From assembly GCF_023169545.1 (NCBI RefSeq), contig NZ_AP019769.1:30001-62000 (forward strand): a stretch of 32,000 nt of DNA, read 5' to 3'. This document shows positions 26,576-32,000 of the stretch, piece after piece. The DNA comes from Nanobdella aerobiophila. GTDB lineage: Archaea; Nanobdellota; Nanobdellia; Nanobdellales; Nanobdellaceae. Under the pieces are notes generated by a model. It had not been told where the DNA came from and made no database searches. It worked only from the letters and a program-made list of their open reading frames with translations. The stretch's first letter is position 1. Every line of letters begins with the position of its first letter. The translations under genes were made by a program, and so were the position numbers.

Positions 26576-26659
26576 GCGGCGGTGTCCGAGAGGCCAAAGG
26601 AGATCGGTTTAGGTCCGACTGGTGTAGAACCGCCAGGGGTTCAAATCCCCTCCGCCGCA
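26576..26659 (+). tRNA. tRNA-Leu (anticodon UAG), class II with long variable arm
   Basis: Hand-folded. Acceptor GCGGCGG/CCGCCGC, anticodon loop UUUAGGU, variable arm GGUG...CGCC, T arm AGGGG-UUCAAAU-CCCCU, discriminator A. No encoded CCA. One A-C mismatch at the base of the anticodon stem. Confidence 0.85.
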
Positions 26660-27214
26660 TTAGTATTCTAATGTAAATCCTCCTATAACATCGCCTTTGA
26701 TTAAATTATATTCTATGTTTTCTACTAGTAAAAAAGGATATAATCTTGGTTTATGATTTAGAAGCTTTTTTATTAGTGAGAAATCCTTTTTGATTGTTAT
26801 ATAATCTATACCCCATATAAAATCGAAATTCAGATCTTGGATATAGTACTTATTGTTTATTATAATATCTTCAATTTCAGAGTCTTTTATAATCATATCT
26901 AGATTCTTGACTGGCATAATCTTATATTTAGTAGTATTAAAGTTATTGTTGTATATAATTGTAATATACATATTTTTTATTTCTTTTCTATTAGATCTTG
27001 ATATAAGAATAAGGTCTTTGTGGGTTCTATTTAGGCTTTTATAAAATTTTTCTATATAATATAGCAAATCTTTTTTAGTATAAAAATAGTCAGTATAATA
27101 ATTTTCAGTATCTTCAACTGTAATATAATAAAAATCAATGTCTGGTTCTATGTATTTTAGTATTTTATTAGATCTTAATAATACATTCCTTATTTTAGAG
27201 TTGATATTCAACAT
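26660..27214 (-). CDS. Hypothetical protein (orphan)
   Basis: 184-aa ORF with no recognisable motif. Its stop codon directly abuts the 3' end of tRNA-Leu. Confidence 0.5.
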   Translation of the reverse strand: MLNINSKIRNVLLRSNKILKYIEPDIDFYYITVEDTENYYTDYFYTKKDLLYYIEKFYKSLNRTHKDLILISRSNRKEIKNMYITIIYNNNFNTTKYKIMPVKNLDMIIKDSEIEDIIINNKYYIQDLNFDFIWGIDYITIKKDFSLIKKLLNHKPRLYPFLLVENIEYNLIKGDVIGGFTLEY

Positions 27215-27926
27215 TTTAAATATTTGTATATAAATTTTATAATTTATTATTATCTAGTAACCAAAAAACTTTATATTTACCAAAAGCGTATTATAATATG
27301 TCCAATTATTTTTATAGAAAATTTTATATAAAAGATATATAAAGAAAAAATCTATCAATATTATAAAAACCTATAAATTTAATTACTTATCAATAAGAAA
27401 TTTTATATAAAGTCTTTTATCTAGTTATATGATTATATGATATATTTTTACTTTTATAGCTTCTATAATTTATTTCTAATATATAGTAATAATCTATAGG
27501 AGAATTACATTTTATATTTGTAATAGAAGATTTAATTTGATTTCCAGGATATTATATTATCATTTTGGCAATCAATATAATATAGATTATATTATATTCT
27601 GGATACAGATATGATCTGAAGAATTATAGTTTAATATATTAATTATACAATCTTTCATATTTATTGAATTAAGTTCATTAGTGTAAATAATAAAGTATTA
27701 TTATCATTCAATATTTGTAATAGAAAAATGAGTAGATTTTGCAGGATCAAAGGTGTAATAGAACTTCTATTTTAATTGTTATAAGAATTATTATTCATCT
27801 TTTTATAATTTCCATTAGTTGCTAATTTAATTGATCTAAAAGATATGTGGTTTTCTTGAAAATATAAAAAATAATTTTGCTTTATTAATTTCTTTCAAAT
27901 AATAATACTAATTTGTTCTATATATA

Positions 27927-28001
27927 TGGACCCGGGGGGATTCGAACCCCCGATCTCCTGGACCGCGACCAGGAATTTTATCCATGCTAGACTACGGGTC
28001 C
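27927..28001 (-). tRNA. tRNA-Arg (anticodon GCG), atypical
   Basis: Hand-folded. Acceptor GGACCCG/CGGGUCC, anticodon stem CCUGG/CCAGG, loop UCGCGGU, T arm GGGGG-UUCGAAU-CCCCC, with U8, A14, G18G19 and A58 present. Position 33 is C instead of the near-universal U, and the D stem has a C-A mismatch. Confidence 0.6.
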
Positions 28002-28477
28002 AATTTTGGTAGTACTAATTCTCCATATTTCTTGTATTTATTATTTATATAAAATAATCCGGATAAAAAGGCTAGATATGCATCATAAATATCTTTATAT
28101 CTAAATATATGATCAAAATATTCGTATTTTAATTTTAATATTTTTTCTACTGCTCTAGGAAATGTTTCAATAAATTTTATATCTTTTAATTGGCCCATAA
28201 TATAGTTTGTTCTCTCATAAAGAGCTTTCATAGATTTTATAGATAATGGTAATGGTTTAAACCCTTCTTTATATAATAATCTCTCTTCAATCCTATATGG
28301 ATATTCATAACTTACTGGTGCATCAATAAATACAAATTTAAATCCTACTTCTTTTATTAGATTGATTATATCTTTATCTTTATGAAGTATACCATAGTTT
28401 ACATTATCTTTTATATAAAAGTAACCTGTTTTATTTTTTTCCTTTGCAGATAGATCCAATCCTAATATATTATCCAT
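27992..28477 (-). CDS. RNase H-fold DUF429-like protein (tentative)
   Basis: 161 aa. The N-terminal ILGLDLSAKEKNKTG and FIDAPVS pattern resembles the DUF429/predicted-nuclease family. The last 3 codons and the stop codon lie inside the tRNA-Arg 5' end. Confidence 0.35.
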   Translation of the reverse strand: MDNILGLDLSAKEKNKTGYFYIKDNVNYGILHKDKDIINLIKEVGFKFVFIDAPVSYEYPYRIEERLLYKEGFKPLPLSIKSMKALYERTNYIMGQLKDIKFIETFPRAVEKILKLKYEYFDHIFRYKDIYDAYLAFLSGLFYINNKYKKYGELVLPKLDP

Positions 28478-29069
28478 ATTTAAATTTATATGAGGTATCC
28501 CAATAATCTTTGTAATAATCCATCCTATCTAGATAATAATTTAATATCATTATAACTTGAGAAGAAAAATAATTTATATCACCTAAAGATATTTGAATTA
28601 CCATATCCTTTATTTCTTTTTTTATTTCTTTTGGTATCCCTAAAAAGTCTCCTATAATAAATACAGGATTTTTTATTTCTACATCTTCTATATATTCACC
28701 TTTCCTATCTAGCAAATATATATTATTTTCTTTATAGCTATTTAGTAGGTCTATAAATCTTATTTTATCTACATAAATTCCCGGAAATGGATTTTTTATT
28801 TTTTTCTTATTAAATTTTATTAAAGATAATGATAATAACTTTAAAATATCTTTTTTCGACCATGGAGTATTAATATTAGATTCTATTTTTATTAGCCTAT
28901 AATCGCTATTATTAATAAATAAGTTAAAATTTATGTGCTTTCTTATTCCATTAGATATAAAAAAAGCATGTATTATAGAATTTATTGCAATATCTATTCT
29001 GTTAGTATGGATATCATTAAAATTACCATTTATATTTATGGTGTTAGAATAAAAAATAAAATTTCTCAT
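28470..29069 (-). CDS. trmY: tRNA (pseudouridine54-N1)-methyltransferase TrmY (SPOUT, DUF358)
   Basis: 199 aa. MRNFIF..., NRIDIAINSIIHAFFISNGIRK, PGIYV, NIYLLDRKGEYIEDVEIKNPVFIIGDFLGIP and ISLG match the TrmY pattern as I recall it. Confidence 0.7.
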   Translation of the reverse strand: MRNFIFYSNTININGNFNDIHTNRIDIAINSIIHAFFISNGIRKHINFNLFINNSDYRLIKIESNINTPWSKKDILKLLSLSLIKFNKKKIKNPFPGIYVDKIRFIDLLNSYKENNIYLLDRKGEYIEDVEIKNPVFIIGDFLGIPKEIKKEIKDMVIQISLGDINYFSSQVIMILNYYLDRMDYYKDYWDTSYKFKYG

Positions 29070-29761
29070 TGATTATACCCTCCATCTACAGGTATAACCA
29101 CTCCATTTATCCATTCTGCTTCTTCTGTAAACAACCAAGATGCTACTACTGCTATATCTTCCGGAGTTCCACGAGGTTCTCCTATCTTTCTTAATTTTTT
29201 ATAGTCCCTTTCGGGTTCAAAATCGCCTTCCATAGTCCCCGGAGCGATCCCCACGACCCTAATATTTTTATCTATTAATTCTGATGATAATATATCAACT
29301 AATTTTGCATTAGCAGCTTTTGAGATACTATATGAAAGATTTTCTTTTATCTTTCCTCTATTAAGTATATAGGAATTTGAAACTAATAATATTGTAGAAT
29401 TATTTCTTAAGGAGTCTAGTAACTCATTTATAATATATATAGGATATTTTATATTATTATTTATTAGTTCGTCAATATTGCCAATATTATATATATTGTC
29501 TTCGAAATACCCACCTATTGATATAGCTATTCCGTCTATATTTCCTATTTTTTCTTTTACATATTTTATTGCCTCTCTAGACCCTACATCAGCATCTATT
29601 ATTTCTATATTACCGTACTTTGATAATTTCGCCTTTATTTCCTCTAGTTTTAATCTATTTCTTGAAACCAATACAACATCAAAATTCCTTTTTAATAAGA
29701 AATATGCCAATGCATAACCAAAACCTTTACTTACACCTATAATTAATATTTTCTTATTCAT
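29066..29761 (-). CDS. Short-chain dehydrogenase/reductase family oxidoreductase
   Basis: 231 aa. N-terminal Rossmann ILIIGVSKGFGYALA, NSTILLVSN, catalytic YSISKAA (YxxxK), and IAPG. Confidence 0.8.
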   Translation of the reverse strand: MNKKILIIGVSKGFGYALAYFLLKRNFDVVLVSRNRLKLEEIKAKLSKYGNIEIIDADVGSREAIKYVKEKIGNIDGIAISIGGYFEDNIYNIGNIDELINNNIKYPIYIINELLDSLRNNSTILLVSNSYILNRGKIKENLSYSISKAANAKLVDILSSELIDKNIRVVGIAPGTMEGDFEPERDYKKLRKIGEPRGTPEDIAVVASWLFTEEAEWINGVVIPVDGGYNQ

Positions 29762-29980
29762 AATAATATCATATTAAAAAAACCTAAATTTATTTTGTTA
29801 ATTTTTTCTTTTGAATCTCTATAATATGAAGAAGTGATTGCTAATGATATAAAAATAATTGATAAACGAGTAGATGAAATCAAAAACGTTATTATCTTCA
29901 AGGACTTCCATATGTAGATAAGATTTGCAGGTAAATTGTGATGGTATAGTAAGCAAAGATTATATATGATGAGGCAATGA

Positions 29981-30440
29981 ATCATCGTTAAGTTGAGCAA
30001 ACAAGACTGGTAAGAAGGAGTAAATACATCGTCCAAGGTGAGAAAAGTTAAAACATCTAATGGAAACAAGATAGCCTACATAGGCTTAGGTATCAATCTA
30101 TTAGCAAGTGTAGTAGTTAATGATGAGACTTGATTGTTATATAAGGGAGTTGATCTAAAGAAGATTACTTCTATTTCCAGAAGAAATAGTTAAAGTACAG
30201 TCATTAGCTGACAAATCAAAGAATATCGAATAAAGGTATTTGAGGTTGTTGAATATAATATCTTAAAGGGTGTCATTAACTGTGCTAAGGGAAATAAACT
30301 ACACAGCAATCTAAACGGTGCATTGAACATCTTGAAGAAAGCAAGAAACATAATGGATTTTAATAATTTAACTAGTAGCACCCGTAAAAGAGTGTAACTC
30401 TTTAGATCCCGGGAAAACCATCGTCCTTTATGGGGGCAGT
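29981..30440 (+). pseudogene. tnpB: Decayed TnpB (IS200/IS605-family OrfB) remnant
   Basis: One reading frame interrupted by several stops. It encodes KIAYIGLGINLLASVVVNDE (RuvC-I-like (V/I)GIDLGxxxLA with the Asp lost) at 30068-30130 and HSNLNGALNILKKA (RuvC-III H/D-x-N-A-A-x-NI motif) at 30302-30343. The span is far too short for an intact TnpB. Visibly higher G+C than its surroundings. Confidence 0.5.
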
Positions 30441-30715
30441 CTGTAGCAAATACAATAAAGCCTATATTAAATACTCTTGCTTAAGTATATATCTCCAATT
30501 TTCCAAATAAAGGAGAAAAAGAAATCAATAACAATAAATATACCAATATTATCCATATATAACAAAATATAGAAACATTCAAATATCTAGATATTGTAGA
30601 TAAAGCTAAAATAACTTTTTATATAGCGCTCATTAGAGTTCCAAGTAATATAATTATTAATATTCGTTTTTATAATTAATTAAAATTTTTAATTAGAAAA
30701 GTCTATTTAAGTATA

Positions 30716-31300
30716 ATGCTAATTCTAGTTACCGGGGTACCTGGTGTTGGAAAAACATCTATAATTAAGGAAGGAATCAAATATATTAAATATAATTTTA
30801 ATATATTAAGCCTTGGAGATATAATATTAGATATTGCTAAAAAAAATTATAATATAAATAATAGAGATGAAATAAGAAAAAAATTATCAATAAAAGATCA
30901 ATTAAATTTACAGATGGAAGCAATGAAATATGTAAAAGATATAGAAAAAAATGAAAATATTATATTGGATACACATCTAGTTATAGAATCCTATGCAGGT
31001 TTCGTACCTGGTATTATTAGAACATTTGCGGATATATTGAGGCCAAATGGCATTGTAGTTATAACTTCAGATCCTGATAAAATATTCTTGAGAAGATTAA
31101 AGGATATGGAGATTAGAGGAAGAGATATAGAGAACCTAAAGAGAATAGAGATTCAACAAAATCTAACAATATATTTTACTACGGTATTTATGTTCGAATA
31201 TCATACAGTAGTAGAGATAATAAATAATGAAGAAGGATTATTAGATATATCATCTAAGAAATTTGCAGAATTTATTAACAAATTAATTGGTAATGAATAA
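30716..31300 (+). CDS. adkA: Archaeal-type adenylate kinase
   Basis: 194 aa. P-loop LILVTGVPGVGKTS at the extreme N-terminus; size and pattern are typical of AdkA. Confidence 0.85.
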   Translation: MLILVTGVPGVGKTSIIKEGIKYIKYNFNILSLGDIILDIAKKNYNINNRDEIRKKLSIKDQLNLQMEAMKYVKDIEKNENIILDTHLVIESYAGFVPGIIRTFADILRPNGIVVITSDPDKIFLRRLKDMEIRGRDIENLKRIEIQQNLTIYFTTVFMFEYHTVVEIINNEEGLLDISSKKFAEFINKLIGNE

Positions 31301-32000
31301 AAAAATATTTTTTATCTTAATAATTTTATTATTATCAAAATATATAAACTCTCAGTCTCTCTTTAATATCCCAATCTACCCAGCTCCAGATTCCTTTTTT
31401 AATTTACAACCTTTATCCTCTTCTAATAGCTTACCGGGATATTTATCTGTTTATGATATACAATATATACCTTCCAATAATTACGAAATAGCTACTTTTA
31501 CAATCAATCAAAGTTCAAATTATTATATATATTTTAATATGACTTATCCAGTTAATATAAATATTTATAATTCAAATAAACAATTATTATATAATCAATC
31601 AGGATCAAATATATTTTCTAGTATAAATTTAAGCCCAGGAACATATAATATGGAAGTATATAACTATAATAATCAGAGTACAACTGGTGAAGCTATATCT
31701 TATGTATTAAATTCTTCAAGTTTTTCTCAAGGAGTATATTTACCATACGGGATATCTAATCTAGGATTTGCATTTATAAACAATTCTGTTTATGAGTATA
31801 ATTATAGTACGAATCAATTTGTTGGATATATTAATTTGCAGAGTTTGCAAGATTATATAAATAATTATTGTCCTGTTAGTAATAATATACAGCAATATTA
31901 TGAAAATAATAATATAACAGGATCTGGAATTTCAATCCAACTGAATTCTATGCTTTACATTGAAACGGATTCTGGATCAAATCAATTATACTTCCTTCAG
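31293..32000 (+). CDS. Secreted thermopsin-like (peptidase A5) protein, 5' partial (runs off window)
   Basis: Not in the ORF track because it has no stop. ATG 31293 overlaps the adkA end by 8 nt. Signal peptide MNKKIFFILIILLLSKYINSQS. PYGISNLGFAF, FVGYINLQSL and GISIQLNSMLY...LYFLQ resemble the thermopsin family pattern (G-I-x-D/N-x-G ... QLN ... Y-x-x-Q-N-V). Confidence 0.5.
   Translation, partial: MNKKIFFILIILLLSKYINSQSLFNIPIYPAPDSFFNLQPLSSSNSLPGYLSVYDIQYIPSNNYEIATFTINQSSNYYIYFNMTYPVNINIYNSNKQLLYNQSGSNIFSSINLSPGTYNMEVYNYNNQSTTGEAISYVLNSSSFSQGVYLPYGISNLGFAFINNSVYEYNYSTNQFVGYINLQSLQDYINNYCPVSNNIQQYYENNNITGSGISIQLNSMLYIETDSGSNQLYFLQ

Noticed and set aside
26853-27044. 63-aa plus-strand ORF; also 29478-29717 (+) inside the SDR gene
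   Set aside because: Antisense shadows of longer ORFs with no independent support.
29758-30381. Minus-strand ORFs 29758-30069 and 30190-30381
   Set aside because: They lie antisense to the TnpB-like remnant, have no motifs, and are better explained as chance frames in decayed DNA.

Overview
Very AT-rich, tightly packed archaeal chromosome segment with many 4-nt ATGA/GTGA stop-start overlaps and short intergenic spacers. All product calls rest on motif recognition and gene context; no homology search was possible. Housekeeping genes recognised: nop5-fibrillarin, L21e, Rpo4/F, DUF655, Taw3, DnaG, FBP aldolase/phosphatase, ribosomal P1, AlaRS, an ABC transporter pair, TrmY, an SDR and archaeal-type adenylate kinase. 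Two accessory blocks stand out. (1) 4.0-15.2 kb holds about 13 genes for N-terminally anchored, Asn/Tyr/Ser-rich, almost Lys-free secreted proteins. Its core is a nine-gene translationally coupled operon (7640-14198). Two of its products carry textbook archaeal class III (prepilin-like) signal peptides, and three are 44-61 aa helix-only peptides, two of which are absent from the supplied ORF track. No assembly ATPase, platform protein or prepilin peptidase lies in the window, so this is a candidate undescribed surface filament or adhesion system. (2) 23.6-26.5 kb holds four tandem MNT-HEPN toxin-antitoxin pairs organised around a nucleotide-identical 215-bp block that is out of phase with the genes. 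The block covers a HEPN 3' end plus the next MNT 5' end, and the blocks are separated by strongly diverged ~0.5-kb segments. The array abuts tRNA-Leu(UAG). It is followed by an orphan ORF, a 0.7-kb non-coding tract, an atypical tRNA-Arg(GCG) overlapped by a CDS, and a GC-richer decayed TnpB (IS200/IS605-type) remnant. A thermopsin-like secreted protease fragment at the window end and the acid-adapted composition of the exported proteins suggest a thermoacidophilic archaeon. It may be a small-genome or symbiotic lineage, but that is speculative.
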